A DNA stretch of 64,000 bases, from contig NC_092670.1 of NCBI RefSeq assembly GCF_964355755.1, forward strand, positions 23,174,795 through 23,238,794, written 5' to 3'. The position numbers and the translations under genes were made by a program. The first letter of the stretch is position 1, and each line of letters opens with the position of its first letter. The notes under the pieces were generated by a model. The model saw only the letters and a list, made by a program, of their open reading frames with translations, was not told the DNA's origin and made no database searches. This stretch comes from Antedon mediterranea (taxonomy: Eukaryota > Animalia > Echinodermata). Positions 1 to 12,316 of this stretch are shown in pieces.

Positions 1-3000
1 GTTAAGTAATAAAAGCAATGAAGCAAAATCATTTCCAGTTTTATTTCCAACAGGCCAACCAACATTCCATGATACGAGAGATGTTAAAATAACACTTGGA
101 CGTTATTTTCACAATAGATTAATGCATATAGATAACAGGTTTGCACAAAATACAGAATTCATATTTTATGCTCAATCTTTATATGAACTTCAACAAATTT
201 TATCAAGTATTTCTATTGCATTGCGAAAAGGGTCAAGTAAAAAAGATGATTTTAGCAAAGTTACTGTATCCGATTTAAAAAATGTTACCAAAATTCAGGA
301 GATTTTAAAATCTGATAGGGGTTATAAATTTCTAAAACAAATTCGTGGAACTCCACCGTACTGGCAAGCTACACAAAAAGATATAATAGCAATGGTTAGA
401 CAGATTGGAAAACCAACATTCTTTCTTTCATTCTCAAGTGCTGATTTCCGTTGGAAAGAAATAATGACGACATTGCTAAGTCAGTCTGGAGACCAAAGAA
501 ACATTGAAGAATTAGAATGGGCAGATAAATGTAATTTGTTGAAATCAAATCCAGTGACTGTTGCCAGAATGTTTGATAAACGCTTTCATACTTATTTGAA
601 AAATGTAATTTTGTCTCAAGCACAGCCTATTGGTAAAGTCGTAGATTATTTTTATCGAATTGAATTTCAAATGAGAGGAAGTCCACATGTTCATATGTTA
701 GTATGGGTTGAAAATGCTCCTATTTTTGGTACAGATAAAGATAATGAAGTTATTAATTTTGTTGATAAATATATTTCTTGTGCTGTGCCATGTGAAACTG
801 TAGATCGTGAACTGAATGAAATTGTTAAAAGTGTGCAAATTCACAGTAAAAGACATTCTAAATCATGTAAAAAAAAGGGAACAAATTGCAGATTTAACTT
901 TCCCAGACAACCTTCTGGAAATACATTTGTTATGAGACCTACAATTGTGGATAAAGACAATGATGATAATGATGACAATAAACAAGCAACGGAGCTGTTA
1001 ACCTCAGTAAAAGATGCTGTGACTAATGAAGAAACATATAAAAATGCAATAGAACTTTTCCAAAGTTTAGGTATTACACAGAGTGCATTTGAGAAAGCAA
1101 ATAATTGTGTAGCTACTGAGGAAAAAATTGTTATAAAGAGAAACCCTCAAGATGTGTGGGTAAATCAATATAATCCTTCCTTATTGAGAGCATGGAATGC
1201 AAATATGGATATTCAATATATTACAAATGTATATGCATGTATAATTTACGTTATAGGATATATGTCAAAATCTGAACGTGAAATGGGTTTACTGTTAAAT
1301 CATGCAGCATCAGAAGTAAAAGAAGGCAATGAAGATGCTAGGCAAAGTTTGCGAAAACTTGGTAATGTTTATATGAATAATCGAGAAGTGTCTGCACAAG
1401 AAAGTATTTATCGTGTTTGTAGTTTAAGATTAAAAGAATGTTCAAGGAAAGTTGAATTTATCCCAGTAGGACCTAATCCTGTCAGAATGAGTTTACCACT
1501 AAGTGTAATTAAAAACAAAGAAGATGATGATGTAAGTGCATGGTTGCCAAATAAGATCGACAAATATAAAGCTCGACCTAATAGTTCTGAATTTAATAAA
1601 ATGTGCCTTGCAAAATTTTGTTCGGAATATAGAATATTGAGTTCATCAGAAATGAAAGGAAACAAACAAAAAAAGAATGTATTTCAGTTAAAAAAACAGT
1701 TGGGATTCATCCAAAAAAGAACACGAACTAGTAATGCTATAGTAAGATACCCTCGATTTCCAATGGATACAGCACCTGAGAAATATTTTTTGAGTATACT
1801 TCAGTTATTTCTACCATTTCGAAAAGATGAACAGTTAAAACCTCCAAATTTTGAAACGTATGAACAATTTCATGAGAAAGGATGTGTGAAATTATGTGGT
1901 TGTCAATTACAAACGGTAAAGTCAATAGTTCATGGAAACATGGAACAATATGAAAAAAGTGCTGAAGATGTTGAAGAAGCACGGGAATGTTTATCAAAAT
2001 TTGGACCACAGGAAGATGCATGGAGTTTATTATGTCCAGAAAGCGAAAAAGAAAGGTTAGACAACCCAAAGCCAAATGTAGAGGTTGATGATGAAGAAGA
2101 TGAATTTTTCATTCCCGATTTTGGAATTCAAAAAAATCATACATCTAAAGTAGAGTCTAATTCATCTAATATTCCAAGACCAGAATTGAACAAAATGATT
2201 CGATCTTTAAATGAAAAACAACAACATATATTTTATAAGACAAGACAATGGTGTTTAGACAAAGCTAATGGTAAAAAACCTGAAGCATTTTACACTTTCA
2301 TAACTGGTGGCGCTGGTACAGGAAAAAGTCATTTGGTAAACTGTATTTATAATGAAGCGACACGTATTCTTGGAAAAATTATGGAAAATCCCGATGATTT
2401 GTCAATATTGAAATTAGCTCCTACAGGAATCGCAGCATATAATATTAAAGGCCAAACAATTCATAGCGCTTTGTCTATCCCGATTAATATTTCACTTCCG
2501 TATCAACCACTTGGAGAAGAAAAAATAAGTGCACTTCGTAATAAATTGGGCCAGTTGCAAATTGTTATTATAGATGAAATATCAATGGTAAATCAAAGGT
2601 TACTTTGGTATATCCACGGACGATTAAGGCAAATAAAACAAGTACGCAACGATAGTCCATTTGGTAACATTTCAGTAATTGCTGTTGGTGATTTTTATCA
2701 GTTACCCCCGGTTATGGGCAGTTCGTTATACAAAGACACATTGGAAAGCTCACTGTGGATAGATAACTTTAAGCAAGTACAGTTAGATCAAATCATGAGG
2801 CAAAAAGAAGATAAAGAATTTGCTTTATTGTTAAACAAATTGCGTACAAAAGAAAAACATGATTGTTTGTCTGATAACGATTTATTAGTTCTAAAATCAC
2901 GTGAAACAGGTGAAGAATGTGAAGATGCTGTTCACATTTACCCACGCAACAAACAAGTTAATGAATGGAATAAAAAAATGTTGCACAGAACCTGTACAGA

Positions 3001-6000
3001 CATTGTATGCATTGAAGCAGAAGATAGTGTAGTAAACGCCAAGAAACAGACCAAAAATTGTGACAAACCTCGGAATTCACGTCAAACTAGTTTACTAAAT
3101 TATTTGTGGATTGCACTTAATGCCAGAGTGATGTTGATTAAAAATGTAGATGTTAAAAAAGGCTTAACGAATGGATGTATGGGACATGTTTATGAAATAG
3201 TCAAACCCAATAATAACGCCAAACCAGTATCTATTAAAGTAAAGTTTGATAATAATGACATTGGTATTCAGGCAATTGAAATGTTTAAAGAATCTATGGG
3301 GGAAAAATACAGTCGAAAACAATTTCCTCTCAAATTAGCATATGCATGCACAGTTCATAAAGTGCAAGGAATGACAATGGATAAAGCAGTGGTTTGCCTT
3401 AAAGATACTTTTACGCATGGACAAGCATATGTTGGCCTCAGTCGTGTTACTTCAATATCTGGACTTACTATTGAAAATTTTAAACCTAGTCTGATTTATT
3501 GTGATCCAAACATAAAGAAGTGCTTAAATAATATGGATTCATACGTACAATGTGATAAACAAGGTCATGATTCGGATTCTAGATTTTCAATAATGTTACA
3601 TAACATTCAAGGGCTTAAACAACATTTTGTTGATCTTCAGTGTAATGATTTGTTTATGAATTCTAATATACTATGTCTAACTGAAACATGGTTGAACAAG
3701 GATGATGATGTTTTTGACGTACGCATTGAGCCGTATAAATGTTATCACCAAGCAAGGTATGATTCGTATTCTAATACAAATGATCTCAGTTCCAAAATAA
3801 AACATCAGGCTCATGGTGGCGTTGCAGTGTATGTCAAGAACACGTCTTCAAGCAGATTAAACATATGTAATAATGATATAGAAGCAGTTTCATTTTTAAT
3901 AACAAGTCCGATTTCTATTGCCGTGTCAGTAATTTATCGACCCCCAAGTTATGATATTAATCAATTCTGTCAAAATTTGAGAAAACATTTGGAAGAGTTA
4001 CATAAAATGAGTACAAAATGTATTGTAATGGGTGATTTTAATGAAAATCTTTTCAAACAATCTTCCAGAGTGAATAATTTAATGGCAGAGAATGAGTACA
4101 AACAACATGTTACATGTTCTACAACTGAAAACAATACATTGATTGATCATGTCTATAGCAAAGGTCTTGATTCAGTACAGGCTGAAGTAATTCCAGTTTA
4201 TTACAGCTATCATGAAGCCATTCAAATTAAATTTTAATTGCATCAATGGTTTTTAATTATTTTAATTATGTTTATGTAAATGGAAATTGAACTTGCATAG
4301 TATTATTATTTCGACTTGTTTATTGCATTTATGAAATGGCAAAAAGAGAAAAAACAAAATGAAATACTATTAGGGCTATCAAAATATATTAGTAAATAAT
4401 AATAACAATTTATCCAACAGAATACTATAAAAAGTTTTTACAAATTGAAAATACAACTGGATACAAATCAAGACTCTCTATGCACAAGGGGCAGCGAATA
4501 ATCTGTAACTTCAACCCATGTCATTCTCCTGTAAAGGAGAAACAATATCTGGTGAGTAAACATATTTTAATCTTGTTTTTAGGTGAGTTATATTATTATA
4601 AATATTGTTCTGAATTTGAATATGCAATGTTGCACATGATAAAGTTACATTTTATAGAGGAAGAAAATACGTTTTGTTTTATACGATTACCAATACTTCA
4701 TTAGGTCTATACCTAATTTCAGTTCCATAATTTTTTGTTTTTTTATATTATTTTTCTATCTATCCCGGTCCACATGAAATTAATAATATAGTAATTTACT
4801 AATTTGCAAGAATAATCAATTTATTTTGTTTTTGTTTTTAGGTGTTCAATGGAATGGTTTCATCTCTTCAATCATAATGGGATCCGGATTTTTAGGCAGT
4901 CAGTTACTGCAGTCATTCGCTCTTTTATAGCAATTGTCTAAACGTGTCAAATGATTAAATTATTAATTATGTTGATGATACTTTCAAAATAAAAATCTTC
5001 TATAAATAGATCAATAAATATGCGTTTAATGAATCCACATTTAGCAAATTAACATGTATATAATGTACTAAGTAATATTATTGATCACCAAAATGTTCAT
5101 GAACAGACTACTATATGTTGACAATTTTGTACAATTTACAATAACCAATGAAAGCTTTTATAAATACATACATTTTATACTTATTTGTGGGTTTTCTTCA
5201 ATTTGTTTGAAATAAAAGATTATTTTTAACAGTTATGGTCTTATAATATTAGTTTTATCAGAAATATTATATCTATTGGAGCAAGTTTCACTGTAACTGA
5301 GATTTCATTAAATCAAAACACGGAGTAGAGGAGACAAGAAATTATTATTATTCACACAATTCTTTAACTGGTTGTACTGTAGTATATTATGGTGTATATA
5401 TACGGGAACAACATTGTTTTATGTCATAAAAAAATGAAAAATAGAGGTATGTCCATTTTCGAAAAGTAATTCATCTCAACGAGAACATACCAAATTTAAT
5501 TTATAAAGACGTTTATTTCGCAATAGTGTGTGCGAAAGACGCAATTATACAATTTTGAAATGATCAAAATGACCTCAAATGTACGTGAAATTGATTAGAA
5601 AAGAATTTTGCGAATTTTGAAATTTCAAATACGCGTAATCGCGTATTGTTTTTGCGTAGCACGTCATTTTTATAATGTCAAAAGTTGGTCCATATTATGA
5701 AATACACTTTCATAAATTTTCATTGATAAAATACATTTTTTTTTTCAGAATTATGAGCAACCATAACATTTCATTAAATCGCGCGTAACTTGCACTGCGC
5801 AACTCTAACGCCATATAACGAAGTTTTTTGCACATATCTATAGCTACTGGTTAATCTTATGACAAAGTTATACAATCTTATGTTGACCAGAATTAGAGAT
5901 ACGCTGCGAACAATCTTTTTTCTTTTTTGTGTCTAAGTATATACACTATATTGTATACATACGGTACTACATACAGGGCAGACTAGGTGAAAATAACGGA

Positions 6001-7398
6001 AACCGCCATTTATTTCAATTTTTGACATGATGACGTCATCATAATGAAACGCGTAGATAGTAATTTTGGAAAGGAATTATCTGAGCAACAACATATCAAC
6101 GTGTTGAAGAAATTTGGATACGTAAAGTATGGATGCGCGCTCTTTAAATGTCATGAACTATGACGCAAAATATGAAAATACGACCTTTATAATTCAACTG
6201 GCCATATCACGTCACACAACATGCGATGCGCATAATTTTTACATGAATTCGTATCTACAATTCAACAGCTTCCAGAAACTTTTTAATCACGAGTATCATG
6301 GCAAACGCCACGTGCACGTCATACGTTAGAATATTGCTCACAGTATAATGATTATACCATTGAAAAAATGTTAGTGCGCCCTCTATTTTGTGTCACGTCT
6401 GAGTATAATACGGTATACACTACTGTATACGTACTACATACAGTGCAGAATAGGTGAAAAGAAGTGACCAAAGTTATTGACGCTTTTGAACATGATGACG
6501 TCATAACAATTTTAAAAATGGTAAATCATGCGAAAGATAATTGATTGAACTAGACAATATAAACCAATGGAGGGAAGTGGAATATGGATAAGTGGAGATG
6601 CGCTCTATTAAATGTGACGAGCTATGACGAAAGAGACAAAAATCCTATATTTAATATTCGAGTGGCCATACGATGACGTCACTATGTCATGTTAGCCATA
6701 TCGATGCATGATTCGATATCTACAACTCATCAACTTCCAGAATGTGTAATTTAAAAGAACTTCACCTCGTAGTTTACAATCTATGACTGTTTTAAAAAAG
6801 GCATAATTTTGACGAATTTTTCAACTTTTTCTTAAAAAATGCGCGCAAATTGTTCAATTCTACGTACTCGTATGACGTGATTTTAAGTCGAAATTGATTG
6901 AAAATTGGTAAATTTACTAGAAAAGGCTGAAAAAACAAAAATTAAGCAAAAAAAACATGTTTTTGCGCTACGTGCGCAAGCGCGCGTAAAAAAAATGCGC
7001 ACGCGTGGGAATTTTTTAAATGCTCAAAATGCCCTGAAACGCATAGAAAGTTGATTAGAAATGGATATTTCGCAATTTGAAATTTTAAACGCGCGTGCGC
7101 GCGTAACTTTATGTCAAACATGCCATTTTTAATCCATAGAAAGTTTGCCCTTGATATGACTTAAATTTTCACCAAGTGTCATTACAAAATGACTGTTGCT
7201 TTTTAGTATATGTTAAATACGCGAAATTCATAAAATCGCGCATAGCTTACGTTGCGCGACCCTAAAGAAAAAAAACGAGCTGTCCTGCACTTCTACACAT
7301 AGAGGTAAATCTTCTGACAAAGTTATACAATGTAATGTTGATCAGAATTTGAGATACACGTGACACAAAATTTTGGGAAAGAAAGAAGAATAACATAG

Positions 7399-7436
<38 letters not shown>

Positions 7437-7478
7437 TCCTGACAATAACAAGAGGTTATCCGCCAAGAGCGGATAACC
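1..7478 (+). mobile_element. Putative autonomous Helentron (right part); the other end lies upstream of the window
   Basis: After the ORF, ~5540-7478 is homologous to the array units and ends in the terminal palindrome GGTTATCCGC-caaga-GCGGATAACC at 7454-7478. No CTAG/hairpin head occurs between the ORF and this end. Confidence 0.65.
2..4237 (+). CDS. Helentron (Helitron2-type) Rep/PIF1-helicase/AP-endonuclease transposase, 5'-truncated by the window edge
   Basis: The frame is open from base 2 (..EAKSFPVLFPTG..) to TAA at 4237, >1400 codons with no stops. HUH Rep motifs: FFLSFSSAD, YRIEFQMRGSPHVH, YVIGYMSK. SF1/PIF1 helicase motifs: GGAGTGKS, IIDEISMV, GDFYQLPPV, TVHKVQG, GQAYVGLSR. C-terminal EEP/APE motifs: HNIQGL, CLTETW, GGVAVY, IYRPP, MGDFN, IDHVY. 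Confidence 0.95.
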   Translation, partial: LSNKSNEAKSFPVLFPTGQPTFHDTRDVKITLGRYFHNRLMHIDNRFAQNTEFIFYAQSLYELQQILSSISIALRKGSSKKDDFSKVTVSDLKNVTKIQEILKSDRGYKFLKQIRGTPPYWQATQKDIIAMVRQIGKPTFFLSFSSADFRWKEIMTTLLSQSGDQRNIEELEWADKCNLLKSNPVTVARMFDKRFHTYLKNVILSQAQPIGKVVDYFYRIEFQMRGSPHVHMLVWVENAPIFGTDKDNEVINFVDKYISCAVPCETVDRELNEIVKSVQIHSKRHSKSCKKKGTNCRFNFPRQPSGNTFVMRPTIVDKDNDDNDDNKQATELLTSVKDAVTNEETYKNAIELFQSLGITQSAFEKANNCVATEEKIVIKRNPQDVWVNQYNPSLLRAWNANMDIQYITNVYACIIYVIGYMSKSEREMGLLLNHAASEVKEGNEDARQSLRKLGNVYMNNREVSAQESIYRVCSLRLKECSRKVEFIPVGPNPVRMSLPLSVIKNKEDDDVSAWLPNKIDKYKARPNSSEFNKMCLAKFCSEYRILSSSEMKGNKQKKNVFQLKKQLGFIQKRTRTSNAIVRYPRFPMDTAPEKYFLSILQLFLPFRKDEQLKPPNFETYEQFHEKGCVKLCGCQLQTVKSIVHGNMEQYEKSAEDVEEARECLSKFGPQEDAWSLLCPESEKERLDNPKPNVEVDDEEDEFFIPDFGIQKNHTSKVESNSSNIPRPELNKMIRSLNEKQQHIFYKTRQWCLDKANGKKPEAFYTFITGGAGTGKSHLVNCIYNEATRILGKIMENPDDLSILKLAPTGIAAYNIKGQTIHSALSIPINISLPYQPLGEEKISALRNKLGQLQIVIIDEISMVNQRLLWYIHGRLRQIKQVRNDSPFGNISVIAVGDFYQLPPVMGSSLYKDTLESSLWIDNFKQVQLDQIMRQKEDKEFALLLNKLRTKEKHDCLSDNDLLVLKSRETGEECEDAVHIYPRNKQVNEWNKKMLHRTCTDIVCIEAEDSVVNAKKQTKNCDKPRNSRQTSLLNYLWIALNARVMLIKNVDVKKGLTNGCMGHVYEIVKPNNNAKPVSIKVKFDNNDIGIQAIEMFKESMGEKYSRKQFPLKLAYACTVHKVQGMTMDKAVVCLKDTFTHGQAYVGLSRVTSISGLTIENFKPSLIYCDPNIKKCLNNMDSYVQCDKQGHDSDSRFSIMLHNIQGLKQHFVDLQCNDLFMNSNILCLTETWLNKDDDVFDVRIEPYKCYHQARYDSYSNTNDLSSKIKHQAHGGVAVYVKNTSSSRLNICNNDIEAVSFLITSPISIAVSVIYRPPSYDINQFCQNLRKHLEELHKMSTKCIVMGDFNENLFKQSSRVNNLMAENEYKQHVTCSTTENNTLIDHVYSKGLDSVQAEVIPVYYSYHEAIQIKF

Positions 7479-7480
7479 AA

Positions 7481-10400
7481 CTAGATTTGAACTCGTCACT
7501 ACGGACGAGTTAGGTTATCCGCAGCGCAAAAGCCACGTGCACGTCATACGTTAGAATAGTGCGCGCAAAAAAATAAAACGATTATGGCATTGAAAAATGT
7601 TAGTGCGCTCTCTATGTTGCGTCGCGTCTAAGTATATACGGTATAACACTATATACTGTATACGTACTACATACAGTGCAGAATAGGTGAAAATAAGAGA
7701 CAAAAGTTATTGACGCATTTGAACATGATGACGTCATCACAATTTTTAAAATGGTGAATCATGCGAAAGGTAATTGATTGATCTAGACAATATAAAAAAA
7801 TTGAGTGAAATGGAATAAGGATAAGTAGAGATGCGCTCTATTAAATTGACGAGCTATGACGAAAGAGAAAAAAATCCTATATTTTATATTCGGGTGGCCA
7901 TACGATGACGTCACAATGTCTGGTTAGCCATATCAATGCATGATTCGAGAAAAACAACTCATCTACTTCCAGAATCTGAAATTTTAAATATTTTCACCTC
8001 GGAGTTTAGAATCTATGACTTTTTAAAAAAAGGCATAATTTTCACAAATTTTTGAACTTTTTCATCAAAAACGCGCGCAAATTGTTCAATTCTACGTGCT
8101 CGTATGACGTGATTTTAAGTCGAAATTGATTGAAAATTGGTAAATGTACTAGAAAAGGCTGAAAAAACAAAAATCAAGCAAAAAAAAGACGTTTTTGCAC
8201 TACGTGCGCACGCGCGCGTAAAAAATATGCGCACGCCTGGGAATTTTTGAAATGCTCAAAATGACCTGAAACGCGTAGAAAGTTGATTAGAAATGAATTT
8301 TTCGCAATTTGAAATTTTAAACGCGCGTGCGCGCGTAACTTTATGTCAAACATGCCATTTTTAATCCATAGAAAGTTTGCCCTTGATATGACTTAAATGT
8401 TCACCAAGTGTCATTACAAAATGACTTTTGCTTTTTAGTCTATGTTAAATACGCGAAATTCATAAAATCGCGCGTAGCTTACGCTGCGCGACTCTAAAGT
8501 AAAAAAACGAGCTGTCCTGCACTTCTACACATAGAGGTTAATCTTCTGACAAAGTTATACGATGTAATGTTGATCAGAATTTGAGATACACGTGACACAA
8601 AATTTTGGGAAAGAAAGAAGAATAACATAGAAAAAAAAAAAAAAGATCCTGACAATAACAAGAGGTTATCCGCCAAGAGCGGATAACCAACTAGATTTGA
8701 ACTCGTCACTACGGACGAGTTAGGTTATCCGCAGCGCAAAATCCACGTGCACGTCATACGTTAGAATATTGCGCGCAGAAAAACGATTATGCCATTGAAA
8801 AAAATGTTAGTGTGCCCTCTATTTTGAGTCACGTCTAAGTATATACGGTATACACTATATACTGTATACCTACTACATACAGTGAAGAATATGTGAAAAT
8901 AATTGGCCCAAGTTATTGACGTTTTTGGACATGATGACGTCATCACAATTTTAAAAACGGTATATCATGCGAAAGATAATTGATTGGCATAGACAATATA
9001 AAAAAATGGGGGGAAATGGAATTCGGATAAGTGGAGATGCGCTCTATTAAATGTGATGAGCTATGATGAAAGAGACAAAAATCCTATATTTTATATTTGA
9101 GTGGCCATACGATGACGTCACTATGTCCTGTTAGCCATATCGATGCATGATTCGATATCTACAACTCATCAACTTCCAGAATGTGTAATTTAAAAAAAGT
9201 TCACCTTGTAGTTTACAATCTATGACTGTTTTAAAAAAGGCATAATTTTGACAAATTTTTGAACTTTTTCTTCAAAAACGCGCGCAAATTGTTCAATTCT
9301 GCGTGCTCGTATGACGTGATTTTAAATCAAAATTTATTGAAAATTGGTAAATTTACTAGAAAAGGCTGAAAAAACAAAAATCAAGCAAAAAAAAGATGTT
9401 TTTGCGCTACGTGCGCACGCGCGCGTAAAAAAACTGCGCACTCGTGGGAATTTTTGAAATGCTCAAAATGACCTGAAACGCGTAGAAAGTTGATTAGAAA
9501 TTGATTTTACGCATTTTGAAATTTTAAACGCGCGTGCGCGCGTAATTTTTTGTGAAACATGCCATTTTTAATCCATAAAAAGTTTGCGCTTAATATGACT
9601 TAAATTTTCACTAAGTTTCAAAACAAAATGACTTATAGTTTTTAATCTATGATCAATCATTGAAATTCATAAAATCGCACTTAACTTACGCTGCGCGACT
9701 CTAAAGTCAAAAAACGAAACGTCCTGCACATCTACCGCTACAGGTCAATATTATGACAAAGTTACACAATCTTATGTTGGCCAGAATTAGAGATATGCGA
9801 CCAACAAAATTCGTGGAAAGAAAGAAGAAAATAGAAAAAAAAAGAGAAAAAAAATAAAAAAAAAAAGATCCTGACAATAACAAGAGGTTATCCGCCAAGT
9901 GCGGATAACCAACTAGATTTGAACTCGTCACTACGGACGAGTTAGGTTATCCGCAGAGCAAAACCCACGTGCACGTCACACGTTAGAATATTGCGCGCAG
10001 AAAAACGATTATGCCATTGAAAAAAATGTTAGTGCGCCCTCTATTTTGTGTCGCCTCTAAGTATACGGTATAACACTATGTACTGAATACGTACTACATA
10101 CAGTGCAGAATAGGTGAAAATAAGTGACCAAAGTTATTGACGCTTTTGAACATGATGACGTCATCACAATTTTAAAAATGGTGAATCGTGCGAAAGATAA
10201 TTGATTGACCTAGACAATATAAAAAAAATGGGAGAAAATGGAATAGGGATAAGTGGAGTTGCGCTCTATTTAATGTAACGAGCTATGAAGAAAGAGACAA
10301 AAATCCTATATTTTATATTCGAGTGGCCATACGATGACGTCATAAGGTCCGGTTAGCCATATTGATGCATGATTCGATATCTGCAACTCATCTACTACCA

Positions 10401-12208
10401 GAATATGTAATTATAAAAAAGTTCACCACGTAGTTTAGAATCTATGAGAGTTTTAAAAAAAACATAATTTTGACAAATTTTTGAACTTTTTCATCAAAAA
10501 TGCGCGCAAATTGTTTAATTCTACGTGCTCGTATGACGTGATTTTAAGTCGAAATTGATTTAAAATTGAAAAATTTACTAGAAAAGGCTGAAAAAACAAA
10601 AATCAAGCAAAAAAAAGATGTTTTTGCGCTACGTGCGCACGCGCGCGTAAAAAAAATGCGCAAGCCTGGGAATTTTTGAAATGCTCAAAATGATATGAAA
10701 CGCGTAGAAAATTGATTAGAAGTTGATTTTTTGCATTTTGAAATTTTAAACGCACGTGCGCGCGTAACTTTCTGTGAAACATGCCATTTTTAATCCATAG
10801 AAAGTTTGCGCTTGATATGACTTAAATTTTCACAAAGTTTCAATTTAAAATAACTTTCGGTTTTTAATCTATGATCAATCATTTAAATTCATAAAATCGC
10901 GCGTAACTTACGCTGCGCAACTCAAAATTCATAAAAAAAAGTTTCTTGCACATCTACAGCTACAGGGCAATCTTTTGACAAAGTTATACAATCATATGTT
11001 GGCCAGAGTTAGAGATACGCTGCGAACAAAATTCGTGGAAAGAAAGAAGAACATAGAACTAGATTTGAACTCGTCACTACGGACGAGTTAGGTTATCCGC
11101 AGTGCAAAAGCCACGTGCACGTCATACGTTAGAATAGTGCGCGCAAAAAAATAAAACGATTATGGCATTGAAAAATGTTAGTGCGCTCTCTATGTTGCGT
11201 CGCGTCTAAGTATATACGGTATAACACTATATACTGTATACGTACTACATACAGTGCAGAATAGGTGAAAATAAGTGACCAAAGTTATTGACGCATTTGA
11301 ATATGATGACGTCATCACAATTTTTAAAATGGTGGATCATGCGAAAGGTAATTGATTGATCTAGACAATATAAAAAAATTGAGTGAAATGGAATAAGGAT
11401 AAGTAGAGATGCGCTCTATTAAATTGACGAGCTATGACGAAAGAGAAAAAAATCCTATATTTTATATTCGGGTGGCCATACGATGACGTCACAATGTCTG
11501 GTTAGCCATATCAATGCATGATTCGAGAAAAACAACTCATCTACTTCCAGAATCTGAAATTTTAAATATTTTCACCTCGGAGTTTAGAATCTATGACTGT
11601 TTTAAAAAAGGCATAATTTTGACGAATTTTTGAACTTTTTCTTCAAAAACGCGCGCAAATTGTTCAATTCTACGTGCTCGTATGACGTGATTTTAAGTCG
11701 AAATTGATTGAAAATTGGTAAATGTACTAGAAAAGGCTGAAAAAACAAAAATCAAGCAAAAAAAAGATGTTTTTGCGCTACGTGCGCACGCGCGCGTAAA
11801 GAAATTGCGCACGTGTGGGAATTTTTGAAATGCTCAAAATGACATGAAACGCATAGAAAGTTGATTAGAAATTGATTTTTCGCATTTTGAAATTTCAAAC
11901 GCGCGTGCGCGCGTAACTTTTTGTGAAACATGCCATTTTTAATCCATAGAAAGTTTGCGCATGATCTCACTTAAATTTTCACAAAGTTTCAATACAAAAC
12001 AACTTTTAGTTTTTATTCTATGATCAATCATTGAAATTCATAAAATCGCGCGTAACTTACGCTGCGCAACTCCAAAATCGTCCAAAAGCTTGGCTGCACA
12101 TCTACAGCTATAGGTCAACCTTATGACAAAGTTATACAATCTTATGTTGGCCACAAGATAGAGATGTGCTGCGAACAAAATTCGGGGAAAGAAAGAAGAA
12201 TAACATAG

Positions 12209-12242
<34 letters not shown>

Positions 12243-12285
12243 TCCTGACAATAACAAGGGGTTATCCGCCAAGTGCGGATAACCA

Positions 12286-12316
<31 letters not shown>

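Noticed and set aside
4480-4960. Splice-like signals after the Helentron stop (GTGAGT at ~4552, TTTTAG at ~4582 and ~4841) suggesting a captured gene
   Set aside because: No coherent reading frame or recognisable protein; at most a spliced 3' UTR.
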